Assembly (NCBI GenBank): GCA_963809485.1
Contig: CAWEJX010000012.1
Coordinates: 78,185-142,184 of the forward strand
Direction: 5' to 3'
Source: an uncultured Acidobacteriota bacterium
GTDB taxonomy: Bacteria > Acidobacteriota > UBA6911
DNA length: 64,000 bases
Part shown: positions 47,042-56,601 of the stretch, in pieces
Layout: every line of letters starts with the position of its first letter
Numbering within the stretch: position 1 is the first letter of the stretch
Notes under the pieces: generated by a model
Told to the model about the DNA's origin: nothing
The model's database searches: none
What the model saw: only the letters and a program-made list of their open reading frames with translations
Position numbers and translations under genes: made by a program

Positions 47042-48007
47042 CTAAGCGCAGGCCAGTATCGCTTTCTTTACCATCCCCGCGGCGACCTGAATCTTCCACT
47101 TGTTCAGCGCCAGAGCCCTCGCTTCCGTGACCGCAACCGTGCCGGCCGCCTGCGCGCTCGCCACATCGATCGTCTTGCCCGCTATGGATTCCTCCGCTTT
47201 GGTCGCCCGGTAGGGTTTGTTATATACCGCATTGAGACATATCCGGGCCGTTCCGCCCCCAATGGCCGCCGCACAATTCACGATGGGAAAGTCTATCGAC
47301 GACCTCAGGGCAAACTTTACAAAGGCGCTTTTGACGCCGGAAGCCGGCGCGGGAACCTGAATCTCCTTTACGATTTCATCGTTCTCCAGCACCGTGGAAC
47401 GAGGGATCTTTACCGCCCAGAACTCCTCGGCGTTGAGGGTTCTCTTCGACGTCACGATCCTGGCATTTAAAGCGACCAGCGCCGGCGCCGTGTCGCTTGG
47501 ATTCACAGCCATGCAGGCTGAAACACCCCCGAATATCGAGTGATATCGATTCTCCCCGGCCATGGCAAAGCACGCTTTGCCGCCTTTCCTGATACAGAAA
47601 AACCTGTTGTCGTGAAGCCGGAAATACCAGCATCGATTCAGCTGGCAGATGTTGCCGCCGATCGTCCCCATTTCCCGGATGTGCGGCGAAGCGGTCTTAT
47701 GGGCCGCCTCCGACAGCGCCGTCCATTTGCTTTTGACCACACTGCTCTTCGCAATGTCCTCGAGCCGGGCCAATGCGCCAATCCGCAGCATGCCCTTTTC
47801 TTCTTTGATGTAATCCAGGCTTGGCGTAATGGTCTTGAGGTTTACCAGAATCTGAGGATACATGGCATCCGGGAGTACCTCAAACCTCATGGTTCCCACA
47901 AGATCGGTGCCCCCGGCAAGTGCCCAGGCATTGGCTGCACGCAGGGCCGACACCGCCTCTTCTACCGTCTTGGCATTGACACGGGTGAATTTCTTTACGG
48001 TCTTCAT
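47042..48007 (-). CDS. CoxM/PaoB/HcrB-type FAD-binding medium subunit with a 4-Cys loop
   Basis: The ORF is 321 aa, with GGTDLVGTMRFEVL (FAD_binding_5-like) and CQLNRCWYFRLHDNRFFCIRKGGKAC, a four-Cys insertion as in [4Fe-4S]-bearing HcrB/PaoB. It is about 99% identical to 62956..63921. Confidence 0.8.
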   Translation of the reverse strand: MKTVKKFTRVNAKTVEEAVSALRAANAWALAGGTDLVGTMRFEVLPDAMYPQILVNLKTITPSLDYIKEEKGMLRIGALARLEDIAKSSVVKSKWTALSEAAHKTASPHIREMGTIGGNICQLNRCWYFRLHDNRFFCIRKGGKACFAMAGENRYHSIFGGVSACMAVNPSDTAPALVALNARIVTSKRTLNAEEFWAVKIPRSTVLENDEIVKEIQVPAPASGVKSAFVKFALRSSIDFPIVNCAAAIGGGTARICLNAVYNKPYRATKAEESIAGKTIDVASAQAAGTVAVTEARALALNKWKIQVAAGMVKKAILACA

Positions 48008-48021
48008 TTTTGTCTAAGCTC

Positions 48022-50367
48022 CTATGCTTTGCCCAATGCTTTAAGGATCCTGTCCGGGGTGACCGGTTCAATGTCCACATACTTGCCTATGGCGTTGTAT
48101 ACGGCCGTAGGCATGATGGTGTGGTTGCAGGCGCCGCCGGATTCCCCGATGCCGCAGCTTCCGTAAGGGGCATACGCCAGACCCGTTTCCACATAGGCGC
48201 AGTCAATGGATGCGACGTCATTCATCACATTCACCGGGTAACCTATCAGGTTATCGTTGAGTACCACTCCTGTTTTTGGATCGTGATATACCGTCTCTTT
48301 GCTGGATCTCCCGAGCCCCATATAAGCGCCGCCGTACTGCTGGCCGTTAAACGCGTCCGGGTTTATTACTCTGCCTCCGTCATTGACACTAACCTGTTTT
48401 AGTATTTCTATCCCTCCCGTATCGGGGTCTACCTCTATTTCCACGAAGTGCGCTTGCCGGACCATGTTGTACTCATGTCCCACACCGCCACGCCCTGTGT
48501 GACCGGGAGTATAGTCCCATACATACAAATAATAAGTCAGGGCTGCTGCGATTTGCGCCAGTGTCTTTTTGTTTTCCGGGTGTGCCTTTTCAAAAATTAC
48601 GCTGTCCTTGATGTCCAATTCCTCAGGCTTTTTATTCGGAAAGAACGCAGGCCTTGAAGGCATCAGATTTCCCAGTGTTCTGCGCAGGGGGGTTGGCTGG
48701 GTTACCATTTCAAGGATCAACTGCTTCATCTTCCGCGCGGCTCTTGCCGCTGCGAGATTACTTCCGCTCATCCCCTGGGATCCGCCGCCCGGCTCCGATA
48801 CGAGACCGTCGCGGCCTTCGAACGGTCTTATCCGAACGTCTTTATAATCGGCTCCCATTTCATCCGCCACCACCTGGGAGTAGGAGGTCTGTCCACACAA
48901 CCCTACATCACATTGCGTAGCCAGGATATCAACCGTTCCATCGGCATTCACTCGGATGCCCATGCCGGCAGTCCCCACCGTATGCGCCCACCCGACGGTG
49001 GAGACATAGCCCATCCCGTGATAATTCCCATTGGGCAGAATTTTTGTCCCGGGCAAGTGCCATTTCTTATCCCACTCCATAATCTTCTTACCCAGTTCGT
49101 TCACCTCTTTGAAACTGTCTCTGTCCGTGTTAAATCCCTGCGGCTTCCTGATGTGTTCGTTGGCATAGGCCCAGTCGTGGCCTTCGCAGCCCTCATTGAT
49201 CTGGGCGACCTTGCTTGGATCCATCCCCAGTTCGCCGGCTACGTGCTCCCATACCTGGGTTACAACTCTGGTGGCCGAGCAACCATGCTTGAAGCACTGG
49301 ATGGGCGGCTTTGTATGAGCCGCCACATCGCACGTAATGTATATATTGGGGATCGTGGTGCCTTCGTGTATTTTGTTGGTACTGGTTTGTGTAACCCAAG
49401 CTTCGTAGCATTTCAGTTGCATGGCGGTGATGCGGCCATCCAGTTTGAATCCTACTTTGAAGTAATAGCGCGACCGGGCGTCCTCGTCACAGCCCTCGAA
49501 GTGACTGTCATCGTCCAGGACCTTTACCGGACACCCCGTTCGCCTGGCTGCTATCACAGCAACCACTGCTGTATGGGGGTTCGAGCGTAAATTTCCCGTA
49601 CCTCCAAAAATAGCTCCATTATAGGGCAGGTAAAGATGGATCTTGTGCACAGGGCTGTATTGCCGCAGAGCGTCCATCGCGTACAACCAGTTCTGGCCGT
49701 GATGCCAAACATCCAGATAGTCTCCCCGGCATTCGGCCACTCCGACATGGCCCTCTACCCCGGCCCACACGTCCTGATCATCACCCGCTACCCATTCGAC
49801 CACTTTGTCGGCCTCGGCAAATCCTTTTTCAATATCCCCAAACTTGATAGGAGGCTGCCTCGTCTTATTGTTCGACTTGGGATTTGTGTCCGGGCGCATT
49901 ATTGGAGCGCCCGGCTTCAACGCTTCCTCAGGGTCCAGGATGACCGGCAGTTCTTCTATCTCGAGTTCTATCAGCCGCAATGCCCGGTCTACTATCGCCT
50001 CGCTTTCGCCTACCACCACAGCTCCCATCATCCCCGGATACCAGTGGTTCGTGTCGGAGACAAGCGCTTGGCCTTGATACTTAGGCCAGGTTATCGTGGG
50101 GTCATCATATCGGAGTACCGCTCGGACTCCGGGGAAAGCCTCGGCCTTGCTGGTATCCAGGCGTTTGATCTTAGCGTGGCCGTGGGGGGATCTAAGAAAC
50201 TTCGCATATAGCATCCCCGGACGGTATATATCCCGGGTATACACTGCGCTTCCGCTCGCTTTTTCGTAACCATCCAGACGGCGTATGCGGCGTTTCCCGA
50301 TCACACCGCCTTCCGGCACCGGCCAAAGCCACGGATATAAGGGTTCTCCCTCTTTTAGACCGTACAT
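48022..50367 (-). CDS. XDH/CoxL/PaoC-family molybdopterin large subunit (intact, 781 aa)
   Basis: The N-terminus reads RRLDGYEKASGSAVYTRDIYRPGMLYAKFLRSPHGHAKI. The C-terminus reads CGIGESGGACNHTIMPTAVYNAIGKYV. Confidence 0.85.
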   Translation of the reverse strand: MYGLKEGEPLYPWLWPVPEGGVIGKRRIRRLDGYEKASGSAVYTRDIYRPGMLYAKFLRSPHGHAKIKRLDTSKAEAFPGVRAVLRYDDPTITWPKYQGQALVSDTNHWYPGMMGAVVVGESEAIVDRALRLIELEIEELPVILDPEEALKPGAPIMRPDTNPKSNNKTRQPPIKFGDIEKGFAEADKVVEWVAGDDQDVWAGVEGHVGVAECRGDYLDVWHHGQNWLYAMDALRQYSPVHKIHLYLPYNGAIFGGTGNLRSNPHTAVVAVIAARRTGCPVKVLDDDSHFEGCDEDARSRYYFKVGFKLDGRITAMQLKCYEAWVTQTSTNKIHEGTTIPNIYITCDVAAHTKPPIQCFKHGCSATRVVTQVWEHVAGELGMDPSKVAQINEGCEGHDWAYANEHIRKPQGFNTDRDSFKEVNELGKKIMEWDKKWHLPGTKILPNGNYHGMGYVSTVGWAHTVGTAGMGIRVNADGTVDILATQCDVGLCGQTSYSQVVADEMGADYKDVRIRPFEGRDGLVSEPGGGSQGMSGSNLAAARAARKMKQLILEMVTQPTPLRRTLGNLMPSRPAFFPNKKPEELDIKDSVIFEKAHPENKKTLAQIAAALTYYLYVWDYTPGHTGRGGVGHEYNMVRQAHFVEIEVDPDTGGIEILKQVSVNDGGRVINPDAFNGQQYGGAYMGLGRSSKETVYHDPKTGVVLNDNLIGYPVNVMNDVASIDCAYVETGLAYAPYGSCGIGESGGACNHTIMPTAVYNAIGKYVDIEPVTPDRILKALGKA

Positions 50368-50378
50368 TTTCTCCTCCT

Positions 50379-51041
50379 CTAGGCGTTCCCGATGACTTCC
50401 TTAATCGCTATGATGTGTTGTGTATAGGTGCCGCACCGGCATATGTTGCCCCCCAGCGCGTCCCTCATATCCGCTTCAGTCGGCTTGGGAATACGGTCCA
50501 GCAGCGCCTTGGCCGTTACCACAAATCCCGGCGTGCAGTAGCCGCACTGCATGCAATGGTTCAGAACGTAAGCCTCGATGAGTTGCGGATTGTTAATGGC
50601 AACACCTTCTGCCGTCTCTATGGCCATGCCGTCACAATCCGCCGCAAACGTCATGCAGGAAAGCACCGGCCGCCCGTTCATAATCACCGTGCACGATCCG
50701 CAGGCCCCGTAACCGTTGCACATATCTTTGATGGATATAAAGCCCAGCTGATCGCGAAGCACATCGCGCAGCATCCATTCCGGCTCGACCCGGAGCTCAT
50801 ACTTATGCTTGTTCACGGTGAATTTTATCGTTTGGGCAGCTGCCGAGGCGGCCGGCGCGACGGTGCCCGCCGGAGCGGCACCGGCTCGACTCGCCGCCTG
50901 GGGATCAGCGGCAACCACAGTGGCGCCGGCTCCGGTACCGAGGATGGCTACAGAGCTGACAGCAAATTCCCGGCGCGACATCGGTCCCAACCCTGTTCTT
51001 TCACATTCTTCGCTTTTCTTTTTTTCTTCCTCTTTCGACAT
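50379..51041 (-). CDS. [2Fe-2S] small subunit (CoxS/PaoA-like) with a twin-arginine signal
   Basis: MSRREFAVSSVAILGTGAG carries the S-R-R-x-F Tat motif. CNGYGACGSCTV..SC and MQCGYCTPGF..CRCGTY are the two [2Fe-2S] motifs. Confidence 0.8.
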   Translation of the reverse strand: MSKEEEKKKSEECERTGLGPMSRREFAVSSVAILGTGAGATVVAADPQAASRAGAAPAGTVAPAASAAAQTIKFTVNKHKYELRVEPEWMLRDVLRDQLGFISIKDMCNGYGACGSCTVIMNGRPVLSCMTFAADCDGMAIETAEGVAINNPQLIEAYVLNHCMQCGYCTPGFVVTAKALLDRIPKPTEADMRDALGGNICRCGTYTQHIIAIKEVIGNA

Positions 51042-51434
51042 TGCGCACTCTCCCTGATAATTCCTGCCTTTTTATCCCCCCAAACCGAAGCTATTGCCAG
51101 GGATCCTTTGTCTAAATTCAGCAGTTGTAATCAACGCCTGATCTCGCATCGGCTCGCATTCCCCGTAACAGTGCGAAGGCACTCCATGATTCCATTCCGA
51201 TTATTTGCACTTGACGATGAACAATTGTAAGGCGGGCGGACAAACGCGATAGATGCACACATCACCTGGCCTCAAAATCCATTTGAAAATATCGGCCGTC
51301 TATAATGGCACGCCTGAAAGCACAAAGTGGTTCTCTATTACCTGTTTAGCCGTGGCATTGTCAAGATAATTGTTTTATAAAATGCAACATTCCCCTTGAT
51401 AACGGAAAAGTTGAACCGCCATAAGGTTTCAAGT

Positions 51435-51620
51435 CAGGCACCTCCGGCAAAGCCGGCTTGAAAGATTGGAACCGCTCAAAGCGGTTGGACTAGTTACGCT
51501 GGTCTTGAACGCTGGCTTAGGCGGGCAAAAGCCGATGAGGCGCTTCCGATCCCCCGCCGAACAAATCGGCGTTTGTCAGCGCTTCTGTCGGCGTATCTCA
51601 GCGTTTCAAAATGCGGAAGC
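51435..51620 (+). repeat. Intergenic repeat family, copy B (right end truncated)
   Basis: It is collinear with copies A and C from caggcacctccggcaaagccgg... to ...tctcagcgtttcaaaatgcggaa. Confidence 0.75.
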
Positions 51621-51695
51621 GCGCCTGCCGGATAAAATCCCATTCCGCGCTCTCCGGCTGCACGGATCCGCGCATAGCAAAACGCCAGTCTTTTA

Positions 51696-52658
51696 CTACT
51701 CCCAGCCGCTTGGCGAGTTGTATGGTGCGACAACGCCTATGGCCTCGATTTCATGAATCTGGCCACCCCAGATTTTGAAGATATGCATCGCCAGCGTATC
51801 AAAGGGATTGTAGGATCTATCGACCGTCTCACGCCCCGGATCATTAAGTATTCTAAATTGTTTTTTCTCCATCGCGTGACGAAAGTCGGAAAAGCCGAGC
51901 GCCAGCCCAGTCTTTTCATCGGCGATCTCGACTCGGCGACTGACAATCTCGGTGATGTATTCGAACGTTTGCATGTCGATTTGGCTCCTGCAATCGATCA
52001 TTCCCGAGAGCCCGATCGGCCGTTGGACTGCGCCGGGAATGTCGGGTCCGCTCAACGGACCGCCGGACGGCGCGGTGCGCAACCCATTCTCGTGACGATC
52101 GCAATCAGAGGCGAAGGGCGCAAGCGAACCGTTGTTCAGATCCACTGCATCGTAATAGGACTTGGCGATGTGAATCAGCCGGCCGCGCGAGTCGGCATAT
52201 TCATAGGGTATTTCCATCGGGATGGCAGGACGAACCTTGTTCAATGTCGCCGGAAGCTCGCCGCCGCGCGGGATGGCAATCAAGTGTTCGGCTTCGATGA
52301 TCATGCCGTCAGCCAACTTCAGCCGGAAACCAACCTGCGCAGGTTTCCCTTCGGACTGCATGATGACCATGCCGCCGACTTGCTGCGATAGGGGATCTGG
52401 TACGACAATTTTGAACTCCGTCGGACCGGCCGATGCCGTTTTCCAGAGACCTTCTCCCGGCCGGATACGCTTTGCGTTTTCAACCATCCTGACACCGCTG
52501 CTCAAGGGCGCATTCTGGGGATCGTGTGCCGCCAGCGCAGCTATGTATTTATCCGCCAGCGCCATCAGGCACGTACGGTCGCAATCGGCCGCATATGCGG
52601 TTGCCATACTGAAAATCAACAGTGCGGCTCTTCCCAGTACTGAATATACGAATCGCAT
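51696..52658 (-). CDS. Exported hypothetical protein (function unknown)
   Basis: ATG 52658 follows GGAGGA. The signal peptide is MRFVYSVLGRAALLIFSMATAYA. I recognised no family. Confidence 0.5.
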   Translation of the reverse strand: MRFVYSVLGRAALLIFSMATAYAADCDRTCLMALADKYIAALAAHDPQNAPLSSGVRMVENAKRIRPGEGLWKTASAGPTEFKIVVPDPLSQQVGGMVIMQSEGKPAQVGFRLKLADGMIIEAEHLIAIPRGGELPATLNKVRPAIPMEIPYEYADSRGRLIHIAKSYYDAVDLNNGSLAPFASDCDRHENGLRTAPSGGPLSGPDIPGAVQRPIGLSGMIDCRSQIDMQTFEYITEIVSRRVEIADEKTGLALGFSDFRHAMEKKQFRILNDPGRETVDRSYNPFDTLAMHIFKIWGGQIHEIEAIGVVAPYNSPSGWE

Positions 52659-52768
52659 AGCATCCTCCAAGCCTTCGGGTTATCCGCAGCTTTCTATGAC
52701 GCTCTCAATGTCGAACGCTTTCTGCGCAAAAGGTTCTGTAAGATCAGCCTCAAAAGACGGTGATCGTC

Positions 52769-54364
52769 TTAAGCCCAGGGCTTCTCGGCAACAACGCGTT
52801 CGCCCGCAATGCGTCCGAAAGCGACACACTCACCAAAGTTGCCCGTCCCCTGGTAGCCGAAGCTGAATATGGAGCCAAGCTCCCCGGCGGAGTACAGTCT
52901 TGGGATGGGCTTACGATTCGTATCCAACACTTGAGCGCGACCGTTGTGTCGCGGCCCCCCCAAAGTGTTAACGAAGGCGGGCACCAGCTCCATGGCATAA
53001 TAGGGTGGAGTTTGTATCGGGATCAGTCGTTCCTTCGGCCTGCCGAATTCCGAGTCGCTACCTGCCGCACAAGACCGATTCCATGTAGCCAGAGTCTTTT
53101 CCAGAATGTCCGGATTTTTCCCCATTTTTGAGGCCAGCTCGCGTATGGTATCGCCCTTGAGAATCCAGCCCTTCTGCAATTCCACGCTGCTGTCGGCGCT
53201 CCATTTATATTTTTCAATCACTCCGTGCCAGCACCAAAATTCATCAGCCCGGTAAAGCGGGCCACTATTTCTCCCGACCTCATCAAAAACCGCGTGTACT
53301 GGCAAGGGCGGGGGAAGATGAACGTAGGTACCGTGGTAGGCTACCTTGCCGTGTTTGCCAGGTTGGTTTTCGTTGACGAACCTTGTTGCGTCACTGGCAG
53401 CAAAAATGTATCCCCCGGCAGACAGGGTGAATCCGGCGCCAAAGGCCCATTCACAGCCTGGAGCTTTAAAACTAAGAACTGTACCGCACATATTAGCCAT
53501 GTGCCAAAGGTCGGCGCCCACGGCCTGAGCCATTCTTATACCGTCACCGGTGTTATAGGGGCTGCCAAATGGGTATGCGTACGGCAGCAGAAGGTAGTCA
53601 CGGATCATCTCCTGATTGTTTTCGTACCCGCCGGTACACAGGATCACACCCTTTTTCGCTTTAACATATACCTTTTTACCTTGTCTTTCCGCGATTACAC
53701 CATGGATTTCCCTGCTCTTATAATCCTGGACCAATTCAATTCCAGGCGTTTCATACATGATCTTTACTTGCCTCTTGTCGACGGCTTCTTTGAGCATCTT
53801 CCAGAGCCTGGAGTATCCCCACCCCTCTGCGGAGCCGCACATATAGCCGCTTCCGGATCCAGGCAACTCAGGAAATTCTGCCTGGGCCGTTCCGGAAGTG
53901 CGCTGACTGATTTTTCCGCTGCATGTTTTTTTCAGCCATTCGAAGCTCTTTGTGGTGTATTCATGATAGGCCTGAAATACTTCATCGGGGACTGGATATC
54001 GGCCATTGAGCGCCTTTTGATAAGTAAGGGCTTCATCGAGGTTGGGCGGACACCAAACACCCTGCATGCTTACCCTGCTGTTGCCTCCCGCGTGAGCTTC
54101 GGATGCCTTCTCGAGGATCAGCACGTCGGCGCCCAGATCACGGGCAGCTATGGCTGAACTAAGGCCGGCTCCCCCTATTCCCAGCACAACGACCTCCGTC
54201 TCATGGTCCCATTTCGAAACCTGACTTTGCTGGGCCGCCGCTGCTTCTCTCGAACCGGCGCCGGCCAGAGCGGCCGAGCCTGCGCTGACTGCTGCTGTTT
54301 GTATAAAATTCCTCCTTGTGAGACGATTTCTTTTCCTTTCAGCTTTCATAAGCTTTTCTCCCAT
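52769..54364 (-). CDS. Tat-exported FAD-dependent oxidoreductase (fumarate reductase / KstD-like flavoprotein family)
   Basis: LTRRNFIQTAAVSAGSAALAGAG is the Tat signal. EVVVLGIGGAGLSSAIAARDLGADVLILEK is the dinucleotide fold. The C-terminus reads LYSAGELG...AFGRIAG. Confidence 0.75.
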   Translation of the reverse strand: MGEKLMKAERKRNRLTRRNFIQTAAVSAGSAALAGAGSREAAAAQQSQVSKWDHETEVVVLGIGGAGLSSAIAARDLGADVLILEKASEAHAGGNSRVSMQGVWCPPNLDEALTYQKALNGRYPVPDEVFQAYHEYTTKSFEWLKKTCSGKISQRTSGTAQAEFPELPGSGSGYMCGSAEGWGYSRLWKMLKEAVDKRQVKIMYETPGIELVQDYKSREIHGVIAERQGKKVYVKAKKGVILCTGGYENNQEMIRDYLLLPYAYPFGSPYNTGDGIRMAQAVGADLWHMANMCGTVLSFKAPGCEWAFGAGFTLSAGGYIFAASDATRFVNENQPGKHGKVAYHGTYVHLPPPLPVHAVFDEVGRNSGPLYRADEFWCWHGVIEKYKWSADSSVELQKGWILKGDTIRELASKMGKNPDILEKTLATWNRSCAAGSDSEFGRPKERLIPIQTPPYYAMELVPAFVNTLGGPRHNGRAQVLDTNRKPIPRLYSAGELGSIFSFGYQGTGNFGECVAFGRIAGERVVAEKPWA

Positions 54365-54638
54365 TGGAAGTCTCCTGTGGCAATCGGGCTGTTATGCTGT
54401 CTATTATGTGTGTATTACAAATGGAATGATAGGAAATTGTTTTTGACGGTGTTGGGAAAACATCCGCGAATTATCACAGATTGGGGAGGGGAGGCTGTTG
54501 CTGCGTATGGGATAATGTGTCCGCAGGAATTGAACCTGCACTAAGGCAGCGATGGGGCAGGCAATATATTGAATTTACTGCTTTGAGACTCCCCTATTAT
54601 GTGGCAAAAATAGGAAATCTCAAGAGGTGGGAGGCTGC

Positions 54639-55952
54639 ATGCGAAAATGGTTAACCCGACCCTCAATGCATGTTTTGGCGGCAGTTGTATTTGCAGGCTG
54701 TCTTTGGGCGAACTGGCCGCAGTGGCGTGGGCCCGAATCGAACGGCACGGCGCCGAAAGCCCACGACCTTCCCGTAACATGGTCCGATTCCCGAAACATC
54801 CTGTGGCGGACAAAGCTGCCAGGCTGGAGCGCAGCCACGCCCGCTGTCTGGCAGGATAGGATCTTCGTAACCTCCGCCGAGGAAGGATCTCCGCGCCTGC
54901 GCAGCGAAAACCCCGGGGATGCAGCACGCGACAAAATTTTCCTGATTGCGATAAACCGGAAAGATGGTTCTATTCGATGGCAGTGTCAGATCGACTCCGG
55001 CAATAGGCTCTTCCGGAAACAGAATTCTGCCTCACCTTCTCCGATAACGGATGGCAGCCGGGTTTGGATTATGACGGGCAACGGCAAGCTCATCTGTCTC
55101 ACGCTGGATGGGAAGGAGATCTGGAAACGTGATATCCAGGCTGAGTATGGTAAATTCGGTCTCAATCATGGGTACGCCTCGACGCCGCTGCTCCACGGCG
55201 GGCGGCTCTACGTCCAGGTTTTGCACGGGATGCTTACTGACGACCCGTCCTATGTATTTGCTGTGGATAAAAATACAGGCAAGACGCTATGGAAGTCGAA
55301 CCGTCCCACTGACGCCAGTAAGGAGTCCCCCGACAATTATGCGACTCCGCAGATGGCGAAGGTGGAAGGGAAACTGCAACTCGTGATCTCCGGCGCCGAT
55401 TATGTGACCGGCCACGATCCGGATACTGGAAAAGAGCTATGGCGGATCGGCGGCTTCAATCCAGCAAACAATCCCGCCAATCGTACCGTCGCATCCTCTC
55501 TTGTGATCGGAGAGAACGTGTTTACGCCAAGCACGAGAGGCCGTCCGTTCATTGCCTTCCGCGCCGGAGGTTCAGGCAACATCACCGGGAAGAGTGAACT
55601 CTGGACCAACAACCTGGCGGCTGACGTGCCGACGCCGACCACCGACGGCAAATACATTTATGCCCTCGGGGACAACGGGATCATGAACTGCATCGAAGCA
55701 GCAACCGGCAGCGTCGTTTATCAGGGGAAGCGTATCGAGAATGGAACCTACAGCGCGTCTCCTCTCCTGGCGGACGGCAAGATCTATTGTGTTAGCGAAG
55801 ACGGCACGACTACTGTCGTGAGGGCCGGGCTTGCGTTTGAGATCTTGGGTGTGAACAAGTTGGACGGCCTGACGCTAGCCAGCCCGGTGGCTGTGGACAA
55901 TCAGATCTTCATTCGAACCGCCGACTATCTCTACTGTATTCAACAAATATAG
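54639..55952 (+). CDS. Exported PQQ-like / BamB-like beta-propeller repeat protein
   Basis: The N-terminus reads MRKWLTRPSMHVLAAVVFAGCLWA followed by NWPQWRGPESNG. Repeated W-x-x blades follow (ILWRTKL, IRWQCQI, EIWKRDI, TLWKSNR, ELWRIGG). Confidence 0.65.
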   Translation: MRKWLTRPSMHVLAAVVFAGCLWANWPQWRGPESNGTAPKAHDLPVTWSDSRNILWRTKLPGWSAATPAVWQDRIFVTSAEEGSPRLRSENPGDAARDKIFLIAINRKDGSIRWQCQIDSGNRLFRKQNSASPSPITDGSRVWIMTGNGKLICLTLDGKEIWKRDIQAEYGKFGLNHGYASTPLLHGGRLYVQVLHGMLTDDPSYVFAVDKNTGKTLWKSNRPTDASKESPDNYATPQMAKVEGKLQLVISGADYVTGHDPDTGKELWRIGGFNPANNPANRTVASSLVIGENVFTPSTRGRPFIAFRAGGSGNITGKSELWTNNLAADVPTPTTDGKYIYALGDNGIMNCIEAATGSVVYQGKRIENGTYSASPLLADGKIYCVSEDGTTTVVRAGLAFEILGVNKLDGLTLASPVAVDNQIFIRTADYLYCIQQI

Positions 55953-56601
55953 CGGGGCGCGCACCTATGGAGGATGTTCGTGACGCGCAGCATCGATCGG
56001 TATGCACTGCATGGCGGGTAAGCCTGCAGATGCAAGGAGCTCTTGCCGACGGCTTCCGATCCATCTTTCAGCAATTCCATTCTGCCATGGACTTAAAGGG
56101 CTCGTGCGTTTGGGGTTTATGCCACTTGACTCCAGCAATTCCATTGCTATCCAAAACCTGTAACATATTGTAAAATCAAACTGTTATAAACAGATCGGCA
56201 ACGGTGGATGTCAGAAAGCTACATAATGCCTTATCAGAAACAGTGTAGAAGGCATCCGCGGACCGGAATAGCCGCCTGCCAGGCGAAACGGCAGCTTGAA
56301 CTTCCTATCTCTCTTTGGCCAAAGGAAAGCCGGGAGATAAGGTCTACGATCTGATAAGGAAGATCAATTTCCTGCGTTCTCGTGGAACGGTTCCATTCGG
56401 TATCCCGCCGCAAACGCAGTCCCCTCAAAACCACGATTGACGGGGACGTTGCATTCCGGCGATTCGGCGGAGAGATGGATTGTCGTCCTTGTGGCACGTA
56501 ACGATACAAAACCATTCACGGCATTTCGGGCGGATGTCCGCCTTTTCAGTCGTAGCGGAATCGGTCCTTCTTTTCGACTTTACTGACCAGCGAGGTTTGG
56601 T

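Noticed and set aside
55967-56600. A long (~650 bp) apparently non-coding gap with ORFs 55967-56173 and 56234-56515.
   Set aside because: The products have no recognisable similarity to neighbours or to known families, and I spotted no repeats or structures. It is possibly degraded sequence, but I cannot support any call.
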